Notes under the pieces: model-generated
Seen by the model: the letters and a program-made list of their open reading frames with translations, nothing else
The model's database searches: none
What the model was told of the DNA's origin: nothing
Translations under genes and position numbers: made by a program
NCBI RefSeq assembly: GCF_009914755.1
Contig: NC_060929.1
DNA from: the human T2T-CHM13v2.0 reference genome, Homo sapiens
Strand: one strand, 5' to 3'
DNA: 64,000 bases
Shown here: in pieces, positions 14,113-25,606 of the stretch
Position numbering within the stretch: position 1 is the stretch's first letter
Layout of the letters: the number at the start of each line of letters is the position of its first letter

Positions 14113-14327
14113 ATAAAGAAAGGAAGGAAGGAAGGAAGAAAGAGAAAGAAAGAGAGAGAAAGAAAGAGAGAGAGAGAAAGAAGAAAGAAAGAAAGAAAGA
14201 AAAGAAAGAAAGAAAGAAAGAAAGATAGAAAGAAAGAAAGAAAAAGAAGGGAGGGAGGGAGGGAGGGAAGGAAGGAAGGAAGGAAGGAAGGAAGGAAGGA
14301 AGGAAGGAAGGAAGGAAGGAAGGAAGG
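14106..14327 (+). repeat. Compound (GAAA)n/(GGGA)n/(GGAA)n microsatellite derived from an Alu tail
   Basis: Directly follows an Alu; 15 consecutive GGAA units at 14266-14325. Confidence 0.95.
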
Positions 14328-17300
14328 GTCTCTTTCCTGTTGGTTCCAGCTAAAGTCCCAGGGCTGACTCTCATTGGCTTAGCTTGTGTCACTTGCCATC
14401 CTAGAGCCAATCACCATGGCCAGGTGGCTATCCAGCACTCTAATTAGCTGGCTATGGATCTAATGCCCACCCATGGCAGTAGGACATAGAGTCAACCCCA
14501 CCCAAACCACAAAGACTGAGGGTGGAAGAAGACAGGAACTCCAGGCAACACTAGACAGGTCAAAAATGTATTATGACCACAGCAAATTACACCAGAAACA
14601 TCCCAATGACATAATGCCATAGTGATAGGGTGAGAGCATGGAAGGATCTCATGGGGTTATGTGTGTGGGTGAGAAATACAAAAAAAAAAAAAAAGCTTCA
14701 GAAGAGGCAAGTGCAAGATTTAAACAAGGATGCCAGAGCTATTATTATGCTCTGTGATCCAGAAAGTGGCCTCAGTCTGCAAATCCTGCCCCTGAGATGG
14801 GGACCTCAAAGGCCATGGGCCAAGACAAGTTATTTCAACCCCAAGTAGGTGGGGCAATGCCAGGCATGTATTCTACCTCTGGAAATATTTGTTGACCATC
14901 CACAATCAAAAAAGCCTTGGGCTTGATGTTGGGGATTCAGGGATGAGCAAGGCATGCACTTGCTCTCAAGCAGCTTAGGATCCAGCAGCAGGAGACAACC
15001 AAACATAGGGTAAAAAGGGCGCCCCAGAGGTGTGGAGGGCTCTGCAGCAGGGAGCACTATGTGGGAGAAGAGTTGAGGTAAACAGGTTGACAAAGGAAGC
15101 AGAAGTCAGATCAAGAGGGGCCCTAGTAGGTTTGGACCCGATGCTGCAGGTAATGGTGAGTCACTGAAGGCCTTTGAGCACAGGAGTGACCCAAGCAGGG
15201 TGACGCTTCACCGCCTTAATAGAGCCAGACAAAGGCCCAGTGGAGAGTCACAGAGAGGATCAAAGGGCTGGCAATAGGCCTAGAAGGGAGACGGCAGAGG
15301 GAAGGCTAGAAAGCTGGAGGCGGGGAGAGCCTTGATCAAAGTCAGGCAGGGGAGCACAGCGGCTTCCTGACGCTGGACCCAGGTGGGGACAGAGCGGCCC
15401 TGTGAAGTCAAAGAGAATGTTGCTTTGTTCAGCTCTCACTGGGAAAGGTGAGTGTTGCACAGATGCACCCCAATGTCATTTATATAACCATGACCCCCTC
15501 AAGAGGGGGTGTAGGCTGGAAACTGGGACTAACTCTCTAACAAAGAGGTTCTGGCAGAGTCCTGAGTAACAGTCATAAAGGAAAGCAGAGGGCCACCTGG
15601 GTGTCTGGGGACGTTCCTTAATCATTCATTAAACAGCCACTTCCTGAGGGCCTGTTTTGGGCCTGGCCCTTCTCTGGGCTCTGAGCCCAGAGACATGAAG
15701 CCAGCATGCCCCTGTCTTATTCTGTCATAGCCCAGCACCTGCTGAAAGCACCCTGCCCCTGGGTGTGTTTGCTCAAGCAGTGCCCACTTCTCCTACTAGA
15801 AGAGACAGAAATTTGTGTATTTTCTCACCATGTATCCCCAGCAACAAGATGAGTCCCTGGCATACAGTAGATGCTCAGTATGTGTTTGCTAAGTAAAGGA
15901 CTCCCTCCTCTTCAGTGAGTCCCATCCTCCAAGAGCTCACAATCTAGTAGGGAAGTCAGCCAAGAAAGCAACCTTAAGTATAAAGCTTAGTGCTACAATG
16001 AAGGGGTCCACATGGGTGCATGGGTAGTTCCACATGGGTGGTTCCATCCTGTTTCCCAAATTAGATTTTTTTTAATGCTCTAGCTGTGCCATGATGGTCA
16101 AAGCAAAGGTTTGCCAAGTGCACAGAGCAGACAAAGGCATTCCACCCAGAGCAAACAGCACGGGCAAAAGTTCAGAAACATGGTTGAGGTTGTGGCATAT
16201 CCAAGAACTGTAAATCATCTGGTGTTGATGGGGCACAAGTGGCTACTATGAGACTGCAGAAAGCAGTCAGAGTCTGATCACCAAGGGCCTTCAAGGCCAG
16301 TTTAAAGGGCTTGGACTTTATACTGAAGGCAATGGGAAGGCATTAAAGGATTTGTATTAGTTAGGCTCCTTTTGGATCCTTAAAGTGTCTTTAAACAAGA
16401 AACAAAGGGAAGAGACAAAAGTATAAGACCCAGAATGGAGTCTCTCTGGCCCTCTCTGCTCATGTGCCCTCAATTGATCTCTGGGGACTGGGGGACCAGA
16501 TGTGCTGATCAGTCCAGCCCAGTTCATGTGATCTGCCACCCATGGGTCCAAATGAAATACACAGGTGGGCTCCTCCAAAGCTGATGCCACACGAGGAAGG
16601 AGTTGGCCAAAAAGCTGTGACTACGGCGTGTTTTAAGGAGAGGAGTGATGCAGTCAACTCTGTGTTTTAGAAAGCTCTGATTCTCCTACAGGTCTGGAAG
16701 CCAGTTAGAAAGTAAAGAAGAAGGTAAGAGCAGAGGCAGGAGAAGTGGTCCCAGGCTGGTGGTGAGAACAGGGCTGAGCCAAGCTGACTGGAAGTGCACA
16801 AAGGCCTACCCCAGAGGGAATTTCTTATGTAAGTCCTTAGGGCACAGCTCTGAGCCCTGACCTACAGCTCCGTCACTTTTGGTCACCTTGAGACCTAGAA
16901 CACCCAGCCCCATCAAGGATCAGCCCATGGCGAGGTCGCCATATAGGGTGCCCTAGCAAGATCACCCAAACTCTGGGACTAGTTGCCTTGAAGCTGCAGA
17001 CCCAGGGTCAGCTTCTAGAAACCCCCAATCTCCCTCAGGAAATGTGGCCACCTGGAGAGAGACACCAAGTTCAGATGCTGTTGCTGCTGCTTCTTGGCTG
17101 TGTTATCCTGAACAAGGGCTTAACCTCTCTGAGTCTGAATATCCCTCTCTGAATACAAAGTGGAGATAATGATATTTAAGGTAACGGAGGCGAGGGCCTG
17201 GGGATTAAATCAGATAAAGATTATGAATCACCTTCCCCCATGAGAGGCTCAGTCGATGAAAATCCCTTCCTCTTCTGCCCTTTAAGCTTTTCCCTGGCTT

Positions 17301-19409
17301 CATCTTCCCAAGACTTCCCCAATCCTTTTCTTGTTTGCCAAATAAAAGGGAGTTTTGTTTTATTTTGTTTTTTTGCCAGGAAGAAACAACTGGAGGTTGA
17401 GTGGCCCAGAGCAGCCATTTTTAAATTTGTGGGTGGAAAATTCCTCCTGTTCTTGGGCCTGAAGTCTAAGTCCCCTCTGGACTTTCCTCACACAGTTCCC
17501 ATTTTGGAGGACACAAATATCCTAGGCCTTCATGTGCAGGAGAGGCAGGGAGGAAGCCAAGAAAAGGGGTAAAAAGAAGAAGAACCATCTCCCCCATTTT
17601 CCTCTAAGCTTTAAATTCTTTTCTTTCTCATTCCAACTTAAATACATGCAGGAAGATTATGAGGCAGAGTTCTTTGACCAAGAGGATCATAAAAGGAGGT
17701 TTTGTCTAGTGGTTAGTCTGCCCTGAACTCCAGAAGAGAATGCTATGCCTTGCCTGGGTGTTGGAGAGAAAGAGGGAATTAATACTTGCTGAGGCTATGC
17801 TGCTATTTCCTAAGCATTGTTTGATTAGAGCCACACAACCACCCTGGAAGGTAGAGATCACTCCATTTCACCAATGGGACACAGTCTCAGGGAAAAGCCA
17901 CACACCATGGGAAGGGGCAGAGAATTAGTGAGATTTAACTCCCTGTCTTTACGTGGCCAGTGCCCATGGCTGCCACCACCATGAAACCTCTGAGATGACT
18001 TGGATGGCCCCAGAGCTTTCATGCATCAGGAGCAGGGGGTACCAGCCACCCCTGCCCCTTCCCTGCTTTGAGCCTCCAATTCCATCTGGCTTGCAAGCTG
18101 TGTGTGTTTGATTCTCTTCCTCAGAGCTCCCTCTTCACTAAGACAGCACTTAACATGTTGTATGGTCATTGACTGTTTGCGGGCATCTGTCTCCCACTTG
18201 CTTCTGAGTGCTTCAAATCACAGAGTCTCGGATCTGAAAGGATCTGGAGAGTGTGAACTGGTCCGTGTGTTAGCTCTTAGTGAAGCATTTGCATCTCTCA
18301 CTGTGGAACGAAGTGGGGGAAGAGAAACTCTGGAACTTCTTGTACACCTTTGCCTAGGAGAGCTCCTGGGGTGCTGTAGGCTCTCCATATATGTTAGATA
18401 AGAGAATGAGTGAGTGAAAAATGCTTGCTACATAGGGTTGTCATATGGCTTAAAGGGTTGACATCCGTAATGTCCCTAAAGCAATGCTTGGCACACTGGA
18501 GGTGTTTAGGACGTGTGGAGCTGGGCGCTGAGTTATACCTAAAAAAGAATACTTACCTAGAGTGAGAAGTTTCATTAACTTGTTATGTGACCTTGAGAAA
18601 GTCCTTTCCCCTTTCTCACCCTCTGTTTCCCCATTCGTAAACTGAGGACACTGGGTTAGATGACCAGAAATTTCTCTCTTCATCACTGATTTCTTTAATG
18701 CATGCCTCATTGCCTCCCTTCATCCAACCCTCCCCCAACCACATACTCACATGCACGCATGTGCGCACACACACACACACACACACTCGTCTATTAATCT
18801 CCAGTAGCATTCCTCTGCCCCTTGGCACTCTTTCTCTTTCTTTCATTTCCTCGACCAGAGGCCCCATAAGCTTATTAACCTCTGTTGTCCATGTTCAACC
18901 AATATCCTTGCTTTAACAAGACAGCAATAATGTCCTTTTGAATTCATTTTTATCAACAAGCAAGATCTGTTTTGTGGGCCAGAGTGTGCTGGTTCTAAAT
19001 GGAAAGTAGAAGTCATTTCCAGCTCACTTACTCCATAAATGCAGGGGTTCTGCCGACTGCCTCTGCACCAAGATGGAAAGAACATCTATCTTCACAAATG
19101 TAGGCGACACCATAGAGGCAGTCGTTCAAGGGACAAGGGAAAAAGCTTTCCATTCCAAAAGGAACAGGAAGGCTGGAAACTAAAAATTCCTCCTAGAACG
19201 GGAACAAAATCACACTCCAGGGTCACTTCCAACTTCACAATTCTTGACACTGAGATTCGTAGAATTTAAGATTCTAAAGTTGTGAGTGAATGTGTATAAT
19301 TGGTTGATCTGAAGCTTCCATGAATCCTAAAATATTCTATGGCTCCACGATCCAGTTTTTCTGTAAGATGAGGGTCCAGGATCTTATGATTCTCTGACTC
19401 TATTGACCC

Positions 19410-19600
19410 AGGGCAAGGGTTTTTCAACCAGTCGATGTGTCAGAAACACCTGCGGAGCTGGGCAAAAGATGCAAATTCCTGGGCTTCCGTGTCAGAGATT
19501 TTGGTTTGTGCCATGTGGGATGAAGCACAAGAATCTGCAATTTTTTAACAAGTCCCCCACTCCAGTGGTTCTGAGTAGGAGTGGGCTACTCTTTGACATA
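19410..19600. mobile_element. MER5-like hAT element
   Basis: cagaaacacctgcggagct...aaagatgcaaattcctgggc...gaatctgcaattttttaacaagtcccc. Confidence 0.65.
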
Positions 19601-20473
19601 TAGTGTTGTAGGGAGCCTATAATTCTGTGATTCTAAATGTGATTCTAAAATGGTCTTTTGCATGATTCTAGTATCCTGCAACTCTGTTATTCTATTTCCC
19701 TGTGGCTAAGGAGGATTCTAATGTGTAAAAATTGTCTTTCTGAGCATGCATGGGTTTCACTGGTGGAGAGGAAAAGGGACCAAGCGTCCTGAGGGTGGAC
19801 AGACACTCAGGAGGGGGACCCTCTCGAGAGCATGGAAAGCAAACTTTGATGCTACACTGATTGTGCCTGGGCAAGTCCAGAGCTGGGACTCAGAAATGAG
19901 GATGCTTGGCTGGGGTCATTGGCTAGCTCTAGGGAGAGGCCATCAGAGAAGAGTTCTTAATGGACGGGTATATCCAAACACATCTCAAAGAGTTGAAAGG
20001 ACTGAGGTTGGAGGAGAGGAGACAGAAGTCATAAATGAGAGTTGGAAAAAGAACCAGAGGCAAGAGAGGAAAGATTTACTACCAAAATATTCTTCCTTTG
20101 ATAGGATGGGGGCAAGGAGACTGCAGACTGATTTGCAGACATGAAAATGCAAGGTTTCAGGAAAGCACAGGATGAGGGGAACTAACCATGTGGGGATATA
20201 CAGGGCTACAGTGTGGGCTGGGAGACGACTGCTTTGACATGCTAATGAGTGCCTGAATCTGGGAGGGTGGGACGGGATGAAGGCTGGCAGAGGACCTCTG
20301 AGGAGCTGCTGGGCAGATGCTGGGCTGGGAGAGAGGCTCTGAGTTAGGGGCAGGGCTTTGGGATAGGGAGGGGCTCCCCCAGGGAATTTCCACATGGACT
20401 CCATGCACGACCAATGAGTCAGAGTTCATATGTTGAGCCTGGTACCCTCTTTCTGAGAAAAGTGAAGAATGAA

Positions 20474-20767
20474 CCCAGGTATCATGGCTCCTGCCTGCAA
20501 TCCCAGAGCTTTGGGAGGCTAAGACAGGATTGCTTGAGGCCAGGAGTTCAAGACTAGCCTGGGCAACATAGTGAGAACTTGTCTCCACAGAAAATAAAAA
20601 AAATAAAAATCAGCAGGCTTGGTGGTGCACCCCTGTAGTCCCAGCTACTCAAGAGGCTGAGGTGGATCACTTGAGCTCAGGACTTCAGGGCTGCAGTGAG
20701 CTATGATTGTACCACTGCACTCCAGCCTGGGCAACAGAGCAAGACCCTGTATCTAAAAAAATAAAAT
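20474..20767 (+). mobile_element. Alu (AluJ-like), full length
   Basis: Two arms with A-rich linker and tail; target-site duplication AAGAATGAA at 20465-20473 and 20768-20776. Confidence 0.93.
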
Positions 20768-20879
20768 AAGAATGAAAGGTGCTGGGGCTTTTGCAGCTTC
20801 CCAGGTGGGATAGAAGCCAGCAAGTTGGATTAATCAGGGTGCCTCTAGTGGGGGCAGAATAGACAAGGAGGGGTCAGTC

Positions 20880-21600
20880 ACTATCTGTGACACATTTTGC
20901 CTGCATACCTGCCCAGTGGTAATGACACACTCCTGGCTGCACACACACACCCTTACTGCCCTACACAATAGCAGTGACACATGTTCCAGCCCATTGTGGC
21001 ACACTCATATCTGCAGCCTTACCACTGATGGTTACACAGGACTACACCATTTCATACTGATGGTAACACCCTATCACCTGGGGCATTACTGGCTGACAGC
21101 AACATTCAGACATACACCAATATACAGAAATGGTGACACGTCCCCAGAGCCTTTGTGTCTGGCACAGTCTATGTAAATGGTGCCCTCTGTGGTTGTGCAG
21201 TACACAACCTGCACAGCTCTATGTGGTACTCTTGCCTTACAGCCAAATGCCCAGACAATGCCATTGACTTATTCTACTCTAATAACACCCCACGTAGGTC
21301 TATACCATCACACACCAACAACACGCTGACATAGGAGTCACATCCCATCAGGAGGGAAACACCACCACACACCGAGAGTCAGAGACGCACGCCTGCCCTG
21401 CCACACGCTGATGATGACACACAGCGCCTGTGTCACTGCACATGAGTGCTGCCACTCTCCCACCTGCACAGTCCCACACTGCTGGGCACTCAAATACACC
21501 ATTGCACACTTATGGGTTTGCCCTCACACCATGCCATTCCATGTTAAAGGAGGTACACTGGGACCCTCACAGTGATGGCACCCGGCCATTGTCAGTGACA
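20880..21600 (+). repeat. Degenerate CA-rich low-complexity tract
   Basis: Recurrent cacac/acacc/gacac motifs over ~700 bp without a fixed period. Confidence 0.55.
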
Positions 21601-22899
21601 AGAGGGAAGGCACTCATCAGATGAGCAAGGTGGCCTAGAGCCCTTCTCTGTGTACCACCCCCGCAGTTCTGTTTCCTCGGGCACACGGCCAACCTCCCAA
21701 ACCAAGACCAACTCTGCCCCTCCAGGCTTAGGCTAGAATGACAGGATGTGAAGCCAGTGTCTGGAGCATTTGAATGTCTCCCTGCACCCACCAACGTAAC
21801 TCCCAGCAAGCTCAGGACCAGCCAGCGAGCTCCAGATCAGAGCTGGTGCCTGGCATTTCCTAGACACCCCCTCACCTCCCACATGGCATCCAGGATGCCC
21901 TCTGGGCTGAGGCAATTGCAGGGAAGAAATGGGCTGACCTTTGGACAGGCACCTTACGCAAGCTCTCTCACTGATCACCACGTTTATGGTCTGTGACAGT
22001 TGTCATTCCTCACACATTGTTCCTCGATCCTCACACAAAGTACTAACATTAGCTCTCTTGATTGGCTTCCTACTGAACATTCAAGGCATATACATAACAT
22101 CTTACAAATCTGTTCAAATCTGAACCCCTCCTCCTGCCCCCAGGGCTCATAAATAAAAGTGGAAATTCAGCTCCAGTCAGGATAAGTCACCTGAAGCAGA
22201 GCCACATCTATATTTTACCAGGTGACTCTTAGAAGCTGTCTACAGAGCAGGCTCGGCAAGAACCTGCGGCTGGGCCTGTTTGCACTCCCGCTGGATTAGA
22301 GATGCAGGAGATGAAGGAAATGCTGGCAACCCACATGACATGAGGACCCCGATCTGGGTGTGAATTCGTGGCAGGTTTTTTTTTTTTTCTTTTAGTGAGA
22401 AACTGGAGAACAGGGAAGACTATAAATGCCAATGTAAAAAAAAATCTGCAGAGCAAAAGTTACATTTCCATAGGCTGTGGGATGTGTCAGGAGAGAAGCA
22501 GCCCCACGTGCTGGAAGGACCACAGAACTCAGTGTCAGGCAAGCCTGGTCTGGAACCCTGGCTCTGCCAAAGATTCATTTTATCTCCCTGGGCCTCAACT
22601 TTCCCATCTTGAACATAAGTGCTTGTGTAAATTAAATGAGAAAATGTAAATTATATAAAGCACCAAAGTTAACACCTGAGACATAATGAAAGCTCAAATA
22701 TTCACTATTAGTAGTAGTATTTTAATCATTAGGAAAGACTTATGATATTCAGCAACTTTTTCAATAATAGTAGGGCCTTCGGGAAGCATGTCAAGGCTGG
22801 TAACACTGAATAGGGAGCAGGTACTCATCTCTTCGTCACCTTTAATGGCTAAAGTGTCATGATTTACCCCTTATTGTGCAACAAAATGAAGTCACCAAA

Positions 22900-23600
22900 A
22901 CTTGGCTGAGCTGCCTTCCTATTCGCCAGTGAGATTTTCTGCAGTGAGACACAGTTCATGTCAGCTTAGGCAGTTTTTTATAGACTCAAAGATGCTTGGG
23001 TTCAAAGGGGGCTTTAGCCATCAGCTGGACCAGCCTCCCACACACCTGCCATCTTCCAGAGATAGAGAACCCATAACCCCACACAGGGCAGTCTATCCTA
23101 TGGCTGGACAGCTCCTATGGAGAGCCAGTTCTTCCTCTCAGAGCTTCTGCCTGCTTCCTTTACCTTTCCCCCATTGCCCTAATTCTATCACCAGCAATAG
23201 AAAAAGCAATAGTACTACTCTTCCGCTACAACAGTTATTCATCCATTCAAGCACTTCCTTAGCATCTACTTTGCCAGGCACGTTACTAAGCGGGGGAATT
23301 ATAAATTAAGCAGGAATTGCCAGCCCTTAAAGGGTTAATGCCCCCTCCGTGTTCTTTCTTCCAGGTGAAAGATCCTCAAATCCTTCAACCTGCCCTCATT
23401 TGACCTGATTTCCAGGTGCCCACCACCAAACTAGCCCCTTCTCGAGCTTGACATACTCACGTTTGTCAAAGTCCATCTTAAAGTGTGGTGTCCATAACTG
23501 AGCTCAGTATTTTCCTTAAGCCTCAACTAGATTTGTAGCCCAGCTCAGTTGATGTCCATGTCAAAAGCAATACCAGTTGTGGAAAAACTCCAATTGTAAC
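22900..23600 (-). mobile_element. CR1/L3 LINE relic
   Basis: gtccatcttaaagtgtggtgtccataactgagctcagtattt and ccccacacagggcagtctatcc resemble antisense L3. Confidence 0.5.
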
Positions 23601-24960
23601 CAGAGTGCTGCCAGCCAGGTCCCATTTACTGAGAATATTCTTGAAGCACATGAAGAAAGAGGGGACGGAGAGGACTGTGCACTTGAAATGACATGATGTC
23701 AGATCTCCCTGCCCAGAATTCCCCTCAGGCATTAGTGGAAAGTCTAAGTCACTCTAATCAAAGAGCCTCCCTGCCACTGCCATCCCCCTCTTAGTATCTG
23801 CCCTAGGAAAGGGAAGAAAAATAAAGAATAAGCATTCTATGCTGATGGCCCAACACAGTGCTAAACATGGAACTCAGCCCTAAAGGAGGGGCCTTCCTTA
23901 CACAAGCCTGTAAGGGGAGAACAGACATAGACTTCAGAAGGTGATTCTCCAGGTGACGAGGATGGGTTCACCAATGGCCTCTGACTGGTGGGGGGGTCTC
24001 CTGCTTTAAGGCCTCTGCTGTGATCGTGTGTGAAGGGATAAGTTCTCCCTCATTGGAACAAAATCACATTTCTGCAGCTCTTGTTGCCCCTTCCTTGGAA
24101 GGAAGCCATCCCCTTAGAAGGAGAAGCCATCTCCACTCTGACATACCTTGATGGATGTGAAACTCCTGCAGATCTTTCACAGGCCTTGTGCAAGGCCCCT
24201 CCTCTCTGAAGCCATTTTCCTACACATCGGGCTGGAGTAATTGGGAGCCGAAAGATGGCAGGCAGAATAAAAAGGCTCATTAGGTGAGAGTAATAAAACA
24301 AAACAAAACAAAAATGAGTGCAAGGGGAAGAGGAAAGGCTGGGGGTGGGAGCAGATGTTGTCCTGCCTCTTGGAAGTCCTTTTACTTTCTTGGGCATAGG
24401 AGGAAAAGAAATGGCCTTCTAGAATAAATTTTGCCAGAGGAGTCCTTATTCTTCACAGGATATCAGATCTCAAAGGGATTGGCGAGTGGCTTGCCTAAGG
24501 TCCACTGCAGTTTTGCATCAGTCTTCTCTTTCTGGGTGCGCAGTGGAGGTTCCTGACCCACTGCGAGGGTCTTGCCCACACGCTCCATCAGTGTTTCCTG
24601 AGTGCTCCTGTGGCTGGACACTGTGCTGGGGGGCTGCAAAGATGACCTGGCCAAGGTCCAGTCCTGGAGCTGCTCACAGGCAAGAGGCAAACCAACAGGT
24701 GGAACGGGGGTCGCTGAGGCAAGGGCTTGTCTGGGAGTGGCAGGAGCCGCAAGAAGTGCAACCACTCTGCCTGGAGAAACCAAGGAGGGCTTTCCCAAGG
24801 AGGTGAACTTTGAGCTTTGCTTTAAAGAACCCTTCCTCCACCCCTTGCCCCCACCACTCCTCAGGAGCAGCAAGCTTGTGGGCCTGGAGCTGTGGCCAGG
24901 ATGTCTGGTTGCAGGGAGGCGGCAGGGGCGTCTGCGAGGGGGAGGAGAACAGTGTAAGGT

Positions 24961-25092
24961 GGAGGAGAGAGGGGAGGGGAGCGAGAAAAGAGGGGGAGGA
25001 ATGGAGGGAGAAGGAGACGGGAGGGAGGGAGAGAGGGAGAGAAGGAGGGGACGAGGGGGGAGGGAGGGAGAGAAAGAGAGAGAGGAGAGAGA

Positions 25093-25148
<56 letters not shown>

Positions 25149-25152
25149 GAGA

Positions 25153-25184
<32 letters not shown>
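24961..25184 (+). repeat. Polypurine tract / (GA)n microsatellite
   Basis: Almost pure A/G sequence ending in long interrupted (GA)n runs. Confidence 0.95.
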
Positions 25185-25188
<4 letters not shown>

Positions 25189-25217
25189 AATTTCCCATCT
25201 GGAAGGGGAGCGGTAGA

Positions 25218-25248
25218 ACGTCAGGGCCCGGCTGAGGGGCGTGATTGG
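25218..25248 (+). promoter_or_regulatory. Core promoter motif cluster: CRE half-site, Sp/KLF GC-box, inverted CCAAT box
   Basis: ACGTCA 25218-25223, GGGGCGTG 25236-25243 and ATTGG 25244-25248, all directly upstream of the first exon; no TATA box seen. Confidence 0.6.
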
Positions 25249-25269
25249 AGGGCGCCTTCGGCAGCCGCC

Positions 25270-25403
25270 CGCGGCAGAAGCCGCGGCTCCAGCTCGCCTG
25301 GCGGAATTGCACGCGGCGGCGGGAGCTGGAATAGCAGAAGGAACCACCTCGTGGAGTCGGGCCGGAGCCCTGCAGTGGCTCAGACGGTTGCAGGGACCGC
25401 CAG
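25270..25403 (+). other. CPLX2: Non-coding first exon of CPLX2 (start approximate)
   Basis: Lies in the CpG island just downstream of the CRE-half/GC-box/CCAAT cluster, has no ATG, and ends in donor CAG|GTCGGT (25403|25404). Joining it to 32348 gives ...accgccag/gttgtcac..., which matches my recollection of the CPLX2 mRNA leader. Confidence 0.75.
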
Positions 25404-25585
25404 GTCGGTGCTGGCCGAGGGCCGGGAGGGCGGAGCTGGGCTGTGGGCAACAGGGTCCCGGCTCTCGCCTCGAGGCCTTGGGGCAGCTCGGGAAGCTGGG
25501 GAGCACGGCTTTCGGGGGGACAGCTCCCCAAGGCTGCCTGGGCACCGGATGGGGACTGAGAGGCGGTAGAGGGGACACTCCCGGG

Positions 25586-25606
25586 TGCGCTCTCCGTGGT
25601 GCTGAA
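25586..25606 (-). promoter_or_regulatory. RE1/NRSE (REST/NRSF binding site) in intron 1
   Basis: Minus strand reads TTCAGCACCACGGAGAGCGCA, 19/21 identical to the consensus TTCAGCACCACGGACAGCGCC with the canonical 2-bp spacer; the host gene is neuronal. Confidence 0.88.

Larger units (their letters stand above)
13645..14560 (-). mobile_element. Old MaLR LTR (MLT1J/K-like) split by the Alu and microsatellite
   Basis: atttattggctcacataactgaaaagt on the left and ttccagctaaagtcccagggctgactctcattggc...ccaatcacc on the right. Confidence 0.65.

Noticed and set aside
14057-14410. Low-complexity ORFs (FLPS / KERK repeats)
   Set aside because: These are translations of the Alu-tail microsatellite.
15493-15510. 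Perfect inverted repeat ACCCCCTC-AA-GAGGGGGT
   Set aside because: An 8-bp low-complexity stem is expected by chance in 64 kb.
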